A stretch of 64,000 nucleotides of DNA, taken from Nitrospinales bacterium (lineage in GTDB: Bacteria > Nitrospinota > Nitrospinia > Nitrospinales > VA-1). Where the stretch lies: assembly GCA_965223345.1 (NCBI GenBank), contig CBDCWG010000007.1, positions 288,001 through 352,000 of the forward strand, written 5' to 3'. The notes beneath the pieces are model-generated. The model was not told where the DNA came from and did not search any database. It was given only the letters and a program-made list of their open reading frames with translations. How positions within the stretch are numbered: position 1 is the stretch's first letter; each line of letters starts with the position of its first letter. Made by a program: the position numbers and the translations under genes. Shown one piece after another: positions 23,305 to 33,280 of the stretch.

Positions 23305-23607
23305 ATGAAAGTGGGTTGTTGCTCGCTGAAATTTTTTCTGCACGGCAACGATTCCTTGAAGGAAAAGCGGCGCATCACCAAATCGATCAAGGACCGGGTG
23401 AAAAACAAGTTCAATATTTCCATCGCCGAGATCGGCGATCAGGACGTCTGGCAGAACCTGCATCTGGGAATCGTCGCGGTGGGCTCGGACCTCAAGTATC
23501 TGGACGGGCTGATGAGCCAGGTGGTGAACGCCATCGACCGGATGCACCTTGCGGAAATGACCGACTGCCAGATCAAAACCCTGCATCTGGGTCCGATGGA
23601 CTCCTGA
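23305..23607 (+). CDS. DUF503 (YlxP-like) protein
   Basis: SLKEKRR..KSIKDRVKNKFNISIAEI; position between infB and rbfA; alternative ATG at 23284. Confidence 0.85.
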   Translation: MKVGCCSLKFFLHGNDSLKEKRRITKSIKDRVKNKFNISIAEIGDQDVWQNLHLGIVAVGSDLKYLDGLMSQVVNAIDRMHLAEMTDCQIKTLHLGPMDS

Positions 23608-23631
23608 TACCGGGACGAGGCTGCGTGTGCG

Positions 23632-23976
23632 ATGCGTTTCAAACGATCTCAACGGATTCAGGAACTGCTGCTGGAGGAGATTTCCAAGCTGATCCAGCAC
23701 GGCCTGAAAGATCCCCGCATCGGCTTCGCCACCATCACCCACGTGGATGTGAGCGACAATCTCAAACACGCCAACGTGTACGTGAGCGTCATGGGTGAGG
23801 AAAAAGAAAAGGAAGACACCCTGGCCGCTTTGAAAAGCGCGCGGGGATTCATCAGAAACTCTCTGGGGAAAAACCTGTATTTGAAAGCCATTCCCGAGCT
23901 GGATTTCAAACGCGACGACACCCAGAACAATGTGGATAGAATCACCAAGATCCTCAAGGATTTGCACCTTGAATGA
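23632..23976 (+). CDS. rbfA: Ribosome-binding factor A
   Basis: LKDPRIG, GFIR, IPELDFKRD. Confidence 0.95.
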   Translation: MRFKRSQRIQELLLEEISKLIQHGLKDPRIGFATITHVDVSDNLKHANVYVSVMGEEKEKEDTLAALKSARGFIRNSLGKNLYLKAIPELDFKRDDTQNNVDRITKILKDLHLE

Positions 23977-24982
23977 CACGCAATCGGTTGCAGAGAACGT
24001 AAACAACGCAGCCGGGGACAACCCAGGTCGGGAAAACAACGGCACCCTGAACCGGATCGTCAACCTGTACAAACCGCAAGGTCCCACCTCCTTCGACATG
24101 GTGCAGGCGGTCAAAAACACCGTGGGGGCGAAAAAGGCCGGGCATATCGGAACCCTGGATCCGCTGGCCGAAGGCGTGCTGCCCATCTGCCTCAACCGCT
24201 CCACCCGCATCATTCAGTTTCTTTCCTCGCTGCCGAAAGCGTACCGGGCCCGGCTGGTGCTGGGAACCTCCACGGACACGCAGGACGCCTCCGGCACGGT
24301 CGTCGGCACGGGGCCGACGGACGGCATCACCGAAGAGGCGGTGCGGCGGGTGCTGGCCGGGTTCACGGGTCCGCAGAAACAGGTGCCGCCCATGTTTTCG
24401 GCCAAAAAGCGCAAAGGAATTCCTCTTTACAAATTGGCCAGAAATGGTATTACTATCGAAAGAAAACCAGCAAATATAACGATATTTGCTATTGAATTCA
24501 TCAAGAAGGAAGGCGACCGGGTCGAATTCGAAGTTCATTGTTCGGCAGGAACCTACGTCAGAACGCTTTGCCACGATATCGGGACGAAGCTGGGCACCCA
24601 CGCCCACATGGAACACCTGATCCGCACCCGGGTCGGGGATTTCGATCTGACCGGCTCGGTCACCCTTGAAGCCTTGAAAGCCGCGGTTTCGAACGGAAGC
24701 CTGTCTGAAACGCTGGTCCCTCAGGAAAAAGCTCTCCATTTTCTTCCGGAAATCCGCATCAAAAAAGATTTTGCCGGTTCCATCGCCCACGGCGTTGCAC
24801 CCTGCAAATCTTCCCTGGAAAGCGATACCATTCCAGGGGTGTTTCGTCCGGGAATGAATCTCAGGCTTTCCAACGGCAACCATCGCCTGCTGGCGATTGT
24901 GGAACCGGTTGTGGATCAGGACGCGTATTCGACCCTGGGGCCCAACGACATCGCGTTCAAACTGAAACGGGTGCTGGATTGA
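23969..24982 (+). CDS. truB: tRNA pseudouridine(55) synthase
   Basis: GHIGTLDPLAEGVL, QVPPMFSAKK, CSAGTYVRTL; start (TTG 23969) uncertain. Confidence 0.93.
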   Translation: MNDTQSVAENVNNAAGDNPGRENNGTLNRIVNLYKPQGPTSFDMVQAVKNTVGAKKAGHIGTLDPLAEGVLPICLNRSTRIIQFLSSLPKAYRARLVLGTSTDTQDASGTVVGTGPTDGITEEAVRRVLAGFTGPQKQVPPMFSAKKRKGIPLYKLARNGITIERKPANITIFAIEFIKKEGDRVEFEVHCSAGTYVRTLCHDIGTKLGTHAHMEHLIRTRVGDFDLTGSVTLEALKAAVSNGSLSETLVPQEKALHFLPEIRIKKDFAGSIAHGVAPCKSSLESDTIPGVFRPGMNLRLSNGNHRLLAIVEPVVDQDAYSTLGPNDIAFKLKRVLD

Positions 24983-25064
24983 ATTTTTTTTTATTTGATC
25001 GATACCGATCCGCATTTCGCCGTAAAATGATCGGGCGTCTGCATGCGGATCTTATAATAGTGAC

Positions 25065-25231
25065 CCACTTTATGAACCACATCGCTGAAAGAAGACGGTT
25101 GGAATGTTTTCGCAGGGAAGCTCTTGCTCTCACGCCCGCGCATTCACCAGGCCGGGTCCGCCCGAGCTGGTCTGCGAAAACATTCGCCAATCCTCTCTCA
25201 GCACCGGACTCCATCTTGGGAGGATGAGACG
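25065..25231 (+). promoter_or_regulatory. Structured rpsO 5' leader (candidate S15 autoregulatory RNA)
   Basis: TATAAT at 25053; long hairpin 25084-25202 with perfect core AATGTTTTCGCAG/CTGCGAAAACATT; CTCC/GGAG mini-hairpin over the SD. Confidence 0.55.
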
Positions 25232-25501
25232 ATGGCTTTAAAAAAGGAAGAGAAATCTTCAATCATTTCGGATTACAAACTGCACGAAAAGGACACGGGT
25301 TCCGCCGAAGTCCAGATTGCCCTTCTTACCAAACGCATCAACGACCTTACCGAACATTTCAAAACCCACGCCAAGGACCATCACTCGCGGCGCGGGTTGC
25401 TCAAACTCGTCAGCCAGAGGCGCAAACTCCTCGATCACCTCAAAGAAGAGGACGCGAGACGCTACCAGGAAATCATCGCGCAACTGGGTATCCGACGATA
25501 A
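25232..25501 (+). CDS. rpsO: 30S ribosomal protein S15
   Basis: [26 protein letters not shown]; 89 aa from ATG 25232. Confidence 0.97.
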   Translation: MALKKEEKSSIISDYKLHEKDTGSAEVQIALLTKRINDLTEHFKTHAKDHHSRRGLLKLVSQRRKLLDHLKEEDARRYQEIIAQLGIRR

Positions 25502-25523
25502 CTAAGGAACTGGAGAAGAATTA

Positions 25524-27620
25524 ATGGAAAAAGTAGAAATCGATATAGACGGGAAAGTAATATCTATTGAAGCTGGAGACCTCGCCCGGCAAGCCGGGGG
25601 CGCGGTGGTGATCCGCCAGGGAGACTCGATGGTTCTGGTGACCGCCACGATGGCCAAGCAGGCCAAGGAGAATCAGGATTTTTTCCCTCTCACGGTGGAC
25701 TACCGCGAGCGCACCTACGCCGCGGGGAAAATCCCGGGCAGCTTTTTCAAACGGGAAGCCCGTCCCGGAGAAATCGAAACGCTGACCTGCAGACTGATCG
25801 ACCGGCCGATCCGGCCGTTGTTTCCCAAGGCGTTCTTGAATGAGACCCAGGTCATCTGCCTGGTCATCTCGCACGATCAGGTCAACCCGACCGACGTGGT
25901 CGCCATCACCGGGGCCTCAGCGGCGCTGATGATCTCGGACATCCCCTTCACCACGCCCATCGCCGGCGCGCGCGTCGGCCGCATCAACGGCAACTTCGTG
26001 TTCAACCCGACCTACGAAGAATCCGCCGACAGCGATCTCAACCTCGTGATGGCGGGCACGGCCGACGGCATCGTCATGGTGGAAGCGGGCGCCAAGGAGA
26101 TGAGCGAGGAAACGATGATGAACGCGCTGGAGTTCGGACACGAGCGCATCAAAAAGATCATCGAAATTCAGGAAAAATTGCACAGCCTGCTGAACAAGGA
26201 AAAAGTGGCGGTGGAAAGCGTGGAGCCGGACGAAGCGCTGAAATCCAAGACGGACAGCCTGGTGCGGGATAAGCTGGAAGCGGCGATGACCATTCCCGGC
26301 AAGCAGGAACGCACCGACACCATCAAAGCCATCAAGGAATCGCTGATGGCGGAGGCCAACCCCGAAGAGGACGAAGACATCAAACGCGATCTGGGCAGCA
26401 TCTACAACAGCCTGGAAAAAGAGGTGGTGCGCAACCTCATCCTGGACAAGGGATACCGTGTGGACGGCCGCGGCCTCAAGGACATCCGGCCCATCAGCAT
26501 CCAGGTGGGATACGTGCCGCGGACGCACGGCTCGGCGATTTTCACGCGCGGCGAGACGCAGGCGCTGGTGACCACCACGCTGGGCACCTCGATCGACGAG
26601 CAGAGGATGGACAGCCTGGAGTTCAAGGGCAACAAGTCGTTTCTGTTGCATTACAATTTTCCCGCGTTCTGCACCGGCGAAGTCAAGTTCATCGCCGGGC
26701 CGGGCCGCCGGGAGATCGGACACGGCATGCTCGCGGAACGCTCCCTGATTCCGGTCCTGCCCTCCAAAGACGACTTCCCCTACACCATCCGCATCGTTTC
26801 CGAAATTTTAGAATCCAACGGTTCCTCTTCCATGGCCTCGGTGTGCGGCGGCGCGCTGGCGCTGATGGATGCGGGCGTGCCGATCAAGGAATCGGTCGCG
26901 GGCATCGCCATGGGCCTGATCAAAGAAGGCGACCGCATTGCCATCCTGTCGGACATCCTGGGCAGCGAGGACCATCTGGGAGACATGGATTTCAAGGTGG
27001 CCGGCACGAAAAACGGCATCACCGCGCTGCAGATGGACATCAAGATAGGCGGCCTGGACAAGCAGCTCATGTCCACGGCGCTGGAGCAGGCGCGCGAAGG
27101 CCGCATGCACATTCTCGGCGAGATGGCCAAGGTGCTGGAGACGCCGCGCACGGAGATGTCGGCGTACGCACCGCGCATCATCACCATGACGGTGCCGAAG
27201 GACAAGATCCGCGACATCATCGGACCGGGCGGCAAGGTCATCCGCGAGATCATCGACAAAACCGGCGTCACCATCGACATCAACGACGACGGGGTCGTTT
27301 CGATCGCGTCTGCGGACGAGATGGCGGCGAACGACGCCATCAACTTTGTCGAAAGCCTCATCCAGGAAGTGGAAGTCGGCAAGATCTATCTCGGCAAGGT
27401 CAAGAAGATCGTCGATTTCGGCGCCTTCGTGGAGATCCTGCCGGGCACCGACGGGCTGGTTCACATCTCGCAGATCTGCGACCGGCGCATCAAGAGCGTG
27501 TCCGACGAGATTCAGGAAGGCGACGAGATCAAGGTCAAGGTGATCGACGTCGATTCCCAGGGCAAGGTGAAGCTCAGCCGCAAGGAGGCCCTGCGTCACG
27601 AAGCGGGCGTCGCGACCTGA
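25524..27620 (+). CDS. pnp: Polyribonucleotide nucleotidyltransferase
   Basis: [48 protein letters not shown] and S1 domains. Confidence 0.97.
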   Translation: MEKVEIDIDGKVISIEAGDLARQAGGAVVIRQGDSMVLVTATMAKQAKENQDFFPLTVDYRERTYAAGKIPGSFFKREARPGEIETLTCRLIDRPIRPLFPKAFLNETQVICLVISHDQVNPTDVVAITGASAALMISDIPFTTPIAGARVGRINGNFVFNPTYEESADSDLNLVMAGTADGIVMVEAGAKEMSEETMMNALEFGHERIKKIIEIQEKLHSLLNKEKVAVESVEPDEALKSKTDSLVRDKLEAAMTIPGKQERTDTIKAIKESLMAEANPEEDEDIKRDLGSIYNSLEKEVVRNLILDKGYRVDGRGLKDIRPISIQVGYVPRTHGSAIFTRGETQALVTTTLGTSIDEQRMDSLEFKGNKSFLLHYNFPAFCTGEVKFIAGPGRREIGHGMLAERSLIPVLPSKDDFPYTIRIVSEILESNGSSSMASVCGGALALMDAGVPIKESVAGIAMGLIKEGDRIAILSDILGSEDHLGDMDFKVAGTKNGITALQMDIKIGGLDKQLMSTALEQAREGRMHILGEMAKVLETPRTEMSAYAPRIITMTVPKDKIRDIIGPGGKVIREIIDKTGVTIDINDDGVVSIASADEMAANDAINFVESLIQEVEVGKIYLGKVKKIVDFGAFVEILPGTDGLVHISQICDRRIKSVSDEIQEGDEIKVKVIDVDSQGKVKLSRKEALRHEAGVAT

Positions 27621-27652
27621 TGGCTCTAAACCGGTAAAACCACACTTGCACA

Positions 27653-27704
27653 GCCGGCAACGGCGGACTTTTCATACGGGTCCCGCTGTTGCCGGTTTTT
27701 TTTT
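27653..27704 (+). terminator. Intrinsic terminator after pnp
   Basis: GCCGGCAACGGCGG...CCGCTGTTGCCGGT stem plus T-run. Confidence 0.8.
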
Positions 27705-27713
27705 GCGCTGAGC

Positions 27714-27795
27714 TGTCATGCTGAGCCTGTCGAAGCATGGACCTGTCGCCCTTCGACAGAGCTTGCCTGAGCTTGTAGAAGGACTCGGGGTGACA
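27714..27795. repeat. REP-like palindromic element with nested partial copy
   Basis: TGTCATGCTGAGCCTGTCGAAG...CTTCGACAG-[GCTTGCCTGAGCTTGTAGAAGG]-CTCGGGGTGACA between convergent pnp and surE. Confidence 0.55.
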
Positions 27796-27800
27796 GGATA

Positions 27801-28556
27801 TTAAAGCTGAATGTCCCATTCCTTCAGACCCTCGATGGTCTTGAAATGGGTGAGGTCGTAGTGGATGGGGGTGATGGCGATGTGGTTTTTGGAGACCATT
27901 TCGCAGTCGGTCTCATCGTCCACCTCGTCGAAGCGCATCTCGCCGGCCAGCCAGTAGTAGGTGTTGTTGCGCGGATCGACGCGCTTGTCGAAGGTCTCGA
28001 TCACCCGGGATTTCCCCTGGCGCGTGATCGCCACGCCCGCAAGCTGCTCTTTGGGTACCGCCGGGACGTTGATGTTGAGCGACACGCCCTCGGGCAGCCC
28101 TTTCTTCAAAACCGTGGGCACCAGCTTGCGGATGAACTCGGCGGCGGGGGTGAAGTCGGGATCCACGAAGGTGTCCAGAGACACGGCGATGGCGGTGACC
28201 CCCATGATCGAGGCCTCGGTGGCGGCGGAGACCGTGCCGGAGTATATGACGCAGGTTCCCAGGTTGCCGCCCAGGTTGATGCCGGAGATCACCAGCTCCG
28301 GCGGTTCGTCGAGCAGCACGGTGATGGCGATTTTCATGCAGTCGGCGGGGGTGCCGTTGACCGCATAGCCGATGAACTCGCCGTTTTCCACCACCTTGCG
28401 GGTCTTGAGCGGACTGGACAGGGTGATGGCGTGCCCGACGGCGCTCTGCTCGGTTTCCGGCGCCACCACCATCACGTCGGCGATCTTGGCGATCTCGCGG
28501 CGCAGCGTGCGCAGGCCGGGGGCGTTGATGCCGTCGTCATTGGATAGAATGATCAT
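27801..28556 (-). CDS. surE: 5'/3'-nucleotidase SurE
   Basis: ILSNDDGI, GTPADC, SGINLGGN, YSGTVSAA; ATG at 28556. Confidence 0.95.
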   Translation of the reverse strand: MIILSNDDGINAPGLRTLRREIAKIADVMVVAPETEQSAVGHAITLSSPLKTRKVVENGEFIGYAVNGTPADCMKIAITVLLDEPPELVISGINLGGNLGTCVIYSGTVSAATEASIMGVTAIAVSLDTFVDPDFTPAAEFIRKLVPTVLKKGLPEGVSLNINVPAVPKEQLAGVAITRQGKSRVIETFDKRVDPRNNTYYWLAGEMRFDEVDDETDCEMVSKNHIAITPIHYDLTHFKTIEGLKEWDIQL

Positions 28557-28656
28557 ATGAATACCGGGTCCCGCCCGGTGGCAAGAAGTTGCAGCGTATG
28601 AGAACGCTCCCGTCATCCGGCATGCCTGAAACATCCGGAATCCCCAGCGTCCGCGC

Positions 28657-28694
28657 AAAAAAACGGGCGGACCGGGATGGACCCGGTTCCGCCC
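28657..28694 (-). terminator. Intrinsic terminator after peroxiredoxin gene
   Basis: GGGCGGA..CCGGG / CCCGG..TCCGCCC stem with A7 on the plus strand. Confidence 0.7.
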
Positions 28695-28755
28695 TGAATT
28701 CCTCAGTTTATCGAGGAAATCGAGGCTGAGTGGAAGGCGGATTGCGCCCCCGCAC

Positions 28756-29343
28756 TCAGTTGTGCTTGGAAAAATACTCCTTGGAGCCTTTCGGGTCCGC
28801 TTTCATGCCGTCGGAGCCATCCTGCCAGTTCGCGGGGCAGACTTCGCCGTTTTTCTCATGGAACTGCAGCGCATCGACCATGCGCAGCGCTTCGTCGATG
28901 TTGCGGCCCAGGGGCAGGTTGTTGATCAACTGGTGCTGGACGATGCCGTCCTTGTCGATCAGGAACAAGGCGCGGAACGCCACGCCGATGTCGGCGAGCA
29001 CGTCGTAATCCTGGCTGATCTGCTTGGTCACATCCCCCACCAGCGGGTACTGGATCTCTCCCAGGCCGCCTTCCTTGCGGTCGGTGTTCCTCCAGGCCAG
29101 ATGCGAGAATTTGCTGTCGATGGAAACGCCGATGATCTCGGTGTTGCGCTTTTTGAAGTCCTGCGCTTTGGTGCTGAACGCGATGATCTCGGTGGGGCAC
29201 ACAAAGGTGAAATCCAGAGGATAGAAGAACAGGATGACATACTTGCCCCGATAGTCGGAAAGCTTGATCTGCTTGAACGATCCGTCGGGCATCACTGCAT
29301 CCGCAGTGAAATCGGGCGCAGGTTTGGATACTAAATTGGGCAT
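28756..29343 (-). CDS. ahpC: Typical 2-Cys peroxiredoxin (AhpC/Prx1 family)
   Basis: [14 protein letters not shown] and [16 protein letters not shown] upstream of ATG 29343. Confidence 0.93.
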   Translation of the reverse strand: MPNLVSKPAPDFTADAVMPDGSFKQIKLSDYRGKYVILFFYPLDFTFVCPTEIIAFSTKAQDFKKRNTEIIGVSIDSKFSHLAWRNTDRKEGGLGEIQYPLVGDVTKQISQDYDVLADIGVAFRALFLIDKDGIVQHQLINNLPLGRNIDEALRMVDALQFHEKNGEVCPANWQDGSDGMKADPKGSKEYFSKHN

Positions 29344-29471
29344 ATTCAACACTCCTAGTGAATAACAGTTGGTTTGGAAAGGCCTTAATCTACCATAAAA
29401 AACACCGGATATTCAATCGACTCCTCAACCGAAGGCCCTGGTTGCCAGCAAAGCTCGGCGTGTTTCAGGGT

Positions 29472-29511
29472 AAAAAAGAGCCCAGGGATTTTTTGCTCAC
29501 CCTGGGCTCTT
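29472..29511 (-). terminator. Intrinsic terminator
   Basis: AAGAGCCCAGGG...CCCTGGGCTCTT 12-bp stem followed by a T-run on the minus strand. Confidence 0.75.
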
Positions 29512-29633
29512 CTTCCAGCCCCCCTCTGCCTGGCTTTGAGCACCGGGAATGTTCAGCAGCCACGGATTTCAAGGGGTTCTGGAGTGCATGCGCCGGGATT
29601 CGCAGGGAACCCGGCCCTATATCAGATTGTTCG

Positions 29634-30140
29634 CTACTTCACGTCCACCGTCATGATGATGAACGGCTTGTTGAGCTTGCTTCCCTGATGCGGCTCCACA
29701 TAGGTGCCATCGTAGTAATACCATTGCAGCGGTTCCATTTTTCCCAATTCCCTGGGATGGCGCGGCAGCTTCGACGGATCGAGGCCACTTTCGATCAATT
29801 TTGCCGGATTGATGTAGTAAACCACATCCTCGTGCGTGCTTTCGGGGTTTTGGGAGAAGTGGATCATGTTGTGCTTGGTCACGGTTTCCAGCATGCACAT
29901 CTCCCCGCTCGCCCGGGTCGCATCGATGGGCTTCATTTTTGAGTCCGGGGTCAGGATATTGGCGATCACGTTGATTTCTTTTTTTGCATTGCCCTGCAGC
30001 TTCAAAACCGGACCGAACTCCTGCTTAATTCTTTCAAGCTCTTTTTCCGCGTCTGCACCTGCCCACGCACTGTTTCCCAGGAAGAAAAACAACAGGACAA
30101 ACGCCGCAAACCCTCTTTTCACTCTTTTTTCACTGCTCAT
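29634..30140 (-). CDS. Exported hypothetical protein
   Basis: 168 aa; signal peptide ending SAWA; GAGG RBS; no recognised family. Confidence 0.75.
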   Translation of the reverse strand: MSSEKRVKRGFAAFVLLFFFLGNSAWAGADAEKELERIKQEFGPVLKLQGNAKKEINVIANILTPDSKMKPIDATRASGEMCMLETVTKHNMIHFSQNPESTHEDVVYYINPAKLIESGLDPSKLPRHPRELGKMEPLQWYYYDGTYVEPHQGSKLNKPFIIMTVDVK

Positions 30141-30619
30141 GGTTCACCTCTGAATCCGAAATGGGCTGTCCCCATTGGGGTGGCTGATTTCCCCGGCCAC
30201 CGAGGACCGGGTTTTATCTATTGGGAAGATTTTAAGGAAGGCTGCGGAGAAAAAGTATCCCGGATCCTGTGATTTGCGGGTCAATTTTTATTGATTTCCT
30301 TATCGATATTATTCGATAAGGGGACATCCAATGCCTGACCTTAAAGGGCAAGCAATGTCTTCGACAACCCTTTCATCGGCAACGAGGCCCCAACTACGAA
30401 CCGTAAAATCAATCCGTTTGCTGGCAGTCACCTGAGAGCTCGATTGCGAGCAACCCCGCCTGTGGATTTTTTCAATCGAGTGCCTCTGTCCAATGTGCGT
30501 GTGGCGTGGGGTTTCTTGACAGGTATCGAGCCGCCTTTTAGAATGAAAGGGTTCTCTTGATTTTGAACGTTTCCTGGGAACTCCTTGTTCCGTCATCAGT
30601 CCGGCCTTCACGAGACCCT

Positions 30620-31513
30620 ATGGATTCACATATTGTGCAAAAACGGCTGAAAATCGCCATCTTCCTGACATTCCTGATTTTCTGCTTTGAGGCGGCGGGC
30701 GGCTGGATCGCCGGCAGTCTGGCGCTCCTCAGCGACGCGGGCCATATGTTCAGCGACGTGTTCGCCCTGTGCCTGAGCTGGGCGGCGCTCAGGATATCCA
30801 CCCTGCCCTCGACATCGACCAAAACCTACGGCTACCATCGGCTGGAGATCTTCGCCGCGCTGATCAACGGGCTTTTGCTGCTCGGTATGGCGGGCACGAT
30901 TCTGTTCGAGGCGTTCGAGCGCTTTCAGAATCCGCAGGAGGTGCAAACCGGTCTCGTCCTTTTGGTGGGCGGCATCGGGCTCATCACCAATCTGGCGGTG
31001 ATCTATTTTCTCCGGGAACCGGGGCTGCATTCGGGGGACCTCAATGTGAAGAGCGCGCTCTACCATGTGCTGGGCGACACGCTGGCCTCGGTCGGGGTGA
31101 TCATCGGTGCCGGGGTGATGTGGGCGACGGGCTGGTACTGGGTGGATGCGCTGGTGGGCGCCGCGATTGCGCTGCTGCTGATCTGGGGCGCCAAGAACAT
31201 CCTGTCCGATTCGGTGCACATTCTGCTCGAAGGCGTCCCCAAGGGCATCTCGGTGTCGGAAGTCAAACGCGAACTGACGTCGATCCCGGCGGTCCAGAAC
31301 ATTCACGAACTGCACATCTGGTGCATCTGCTCCAACATCTACGCGCTCAGCACGCACGCGCTGGTGGGGGACGCCAAAGCCAACCCGTCGGAAGGGCTGC
31401 TGCGCGAGATGCAGGATCTTCTGCGCACCAAGTTCAACATCACCCACACCACCATTCAGTTCGAATCCATTCCCTGCCGCCAGGGCGAAGTCCTGTGCGA
31501 CATGAACCACTGA
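30620..31513 (+). CDS. Cation diffusion facilitator (CzcD/ZitB-like)
   Basis: SLALLSDAGHMFSD, TYGYHRLE, HVLGD, HELHIW, HTTIQFE; start at ATG 30620 inferred. Confidence 0.92.
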   Translation: MDSHIVQKRLKIAIFLTFLIFCFEAAGGWIAGSLALLSDAGHMFSDVFALCLSWAALRISTLPSTSTKTYGYHRLEIFAALINGLLLLGMAGTILFEAFERFQNPQEVQTGLVLLVGGIGLITNLAVIYFLREPGLHSGDLNVKSALYHVLGDTLASVGVIIGAGVMWATGWYWVDALVGAAIALLLIWGAKNILSDSVHILLEGVPKGISVSEVKRELTSIPAVQNIHELHIWCICSNIYALSTHALVGDAKANPSEGLLREMQDLLRTKFNITHTTIQFESIPCRQGEVLCDMNH

Positions 31514-31520
31514 CCGGGCC

Positions 31521-32288
31521 ATGGAGATCCTTTTTCTGGGAACGGGAACATCGACCGGGGTCCCCTCCATGTGCTGCAACTGCGCGGTCTGCCGGTCCGA
31601 CGATCCGAAGAACAAACGCCTGCGCGCCTCGGTCCTGTTCCGCAGCGGCGACTACCACCTGCTCATCGACACCTCGACGGACCTGCGCCTGCAAAGCCTG
31701 ACGCACGGAATCCAGCACGTGAACAGCGTGCTCTTCACGCACCACCATGCGGATCACGTGCACGGCATCGACGAGCTGCGCAGCTTCAACTATTTCAACA
31801 AAACCTCGATCCCCTGTTACGGCAACGCGGAAACGCTGGAGGAGCTGAAAAACAAGTTCAGCTACATCTTCAACGGCACCGCGAAGCAGGTGGGCGGCGG
31901 CCTGCCGCAGCTGAGCCTGCACGCGGTGGACGGCACGCCGTTTTCACTGGGAGACCTTGCAGTCACGCGGCTGGACATCATTCACGGCAAGCTCCGGATC
32001 TCCGGCTACCGGATCGACGACTGCGCCTACATCACCGACTGCAGCGCCATTCCCGACGCAACGATGCAGCAGCTGCGCGGGCTGGATGTCCTCATCATCA
32101 ACGCGCTGGGTTTCGACCCGCACCCGACGCACATGTGCTTGAGCGAGGCGCTCAATGCGATCGAACAGATCCAACCCAGGCGGGCCTACCTCACGCACAT
32201 CAACCACAAGTTCGACCACGACACGGTTTCCGCCGATCTTCCCGACAACGTGCAGCTCGCCTACGACGGGCTGACCGTGAAGGTTTGA
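31521..32288 (+). CDS. MBL-fold hydrolase, PhnP/YycJ-like
   Basis: LGTGTSTGVP, CxCxxC, THHHADHVHG, YITD, LAYDG. Confidence 0.88.
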   Translation: MEILFLGTGTSTGVPSMCCNCAVCRSDDPKNKRLRASVLFRSGDYHLLIDTSTDLRLQSLTHGIQHVNSVLFTHHHADHVHGIDELRSFNYFNKTSIPCYGNAETLEELKNKFSYIFNGTAKQVGGGLPQLSLHAVDGTPFSLGDLAVTRLDIIHGKLRISGYRIDDCAYITDCSAIPDATMQQLRGLDVLIINALGFDPHPTHMCLSEALNAIEQIQPRRAYLTHINHKFDHDTVSADLPDNVQLAYDGLTVKV

Positions 32289-32328
32289 TACCTTTTCAGA
32301 AGTATTGGTGAATCTTTTAAACAGCAGC

Positions 32329-32395
32329 CTCGCGCAAAGTCGCAAAGACGCAAAGCCCCCCTCACCTGTATCCTCTCCCCCCGAGTGGGGAGAGG
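32329..32395. repeat. Short repeat remnants: (CGCAAAG)x3 and CCTCTCCCC/GGGGAGAGG hairpin
   Basis: CGCGCAAAGTCGCAAAGACGCAAAG followed by CCCTCACC..CCTCTCCCC-CCGAGT-GGGGAGAGG, at the edge of a low-GC segment. Confidence 0.5.
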
Positions 32396-32467
32396 AATTA
32401 AGAAAAGCCTACATATCCAATTATTTTATTATCATCTTCTCTGTGATCTCAATTTTCCTTTAATACG

Positions 32468-32923
32468 TTAGCGTTCCAATTCGTCTAAAAGATTCTCAGC
32501 TTCTTCTTCAGACGCTTCACACATTTCGTGATCGAGCGCGATTTCAAGATAGGTCTTTACCTTTTCCAATTCCTTATCGCTGACCAGATAGAGTTTAGCC
32601 AATTGTAACGCGGCTTCCCCCCGACCAGCCTGCAGTGATTTTTCAAAACAGGACTTTGCTTTTCTGAGATCCCCCTTCATGCGATAGGTGATTCCAAGGT
32701 TATATAATGCTGTCTCGCTGCCTTTTTTTATTGCAACTACATCCCAATAGATGGATTTATCAAAATCCAATGACACCCCTTGCCCGTGCGCATACATATA
32801 CGCAACACGCACCATTGCATCCACATCCCCAGCTTCGGCAGCATGCAGAAATTGCTTAAAAGCAGCTTTAAACTCCCCATTATCTATTAGAGCATCCAAT
32901 TCTTTGAATTTCTCAATATCCAT
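32468..32923 (-). CDS. Sel1-like repeat protein (low GC)
   Basis: AAEAGDVDAMVRVAYMYAHGQGV, ALYNLG; AT-rich DNA; ATG at 32923. Confidence 0.8.
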   Translation of the reverse strand: MDIEKFKELDALIDNGEFKAAFKQFLHAAEAGDVDAMVRVAYMYAHGQGVSLDFDKSIYWDVVAIKKGSETALYNLGITYRMKGDLRKAKSCFEKSLQAGRGEAALQLAKLYLVSDKELEKVKTYLEIALDHEMCEASEEEAENLLDELER

Positions 32924-32945
32924 ACAAACCTCTTTTCCCCTGACA

Positions 32946-33230
32946 TCAATAAAACCTGAGCGGCACGAAAATCCGGCGCACGAACCAGACCACGAAGAAC
33001 AACTGCACGAACAGGATTCCATACAACAGGGAGGGATCGGCTGCCAGTTTCAGCAGGATGGGAACTAAAATCACAAACGCCGCGATTCTGGAGACGACTT
33101 CATAGCCCGTATGCAAATACAGCTTTGTATTGCAATCTGGGCAGGTGATGGGTTTGCGGCGGGAGACGAAAAGCTTTTTGGCAATGCGGATGGTGTTGCG
33201 GCCGCATTTCGGACAGTTGAGCGGCTTCAT
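32946..33230 (-). CDS. Small membrane protein with N-terminal Zn ribbon
   Basis: CPKC...CPDC then two hydrophobic segments; GAGG RBS. Confidence 0.65.
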   Translation of the reverse strand: MKPLNCPKCGRNTIRIAKKLFVSRRKPITCPDCNTKLYLHTGYEVVSRIAAFVILVPILLKLAADPSLLYGILFVQLFFVVWFVRRIFVPLRFY

Positions 33231-33280
33231 GTTCCCCTCTCCATCTTCGGCTCAAACGTGACTGAGGGGGAAATGTCCGG

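Noticed and set aside
30141..30619. Short ORFs in the intergenic region upstream of the CDF transporter
   Set aside because: No convincing RBS, codon bias or motif
31521..32288. PhnP-like hydrolase as part of a phosphonate pathway with pepM
   Set aside because: Widespread stand-alone MBL family, 15 kb away, no C-P lyase genes
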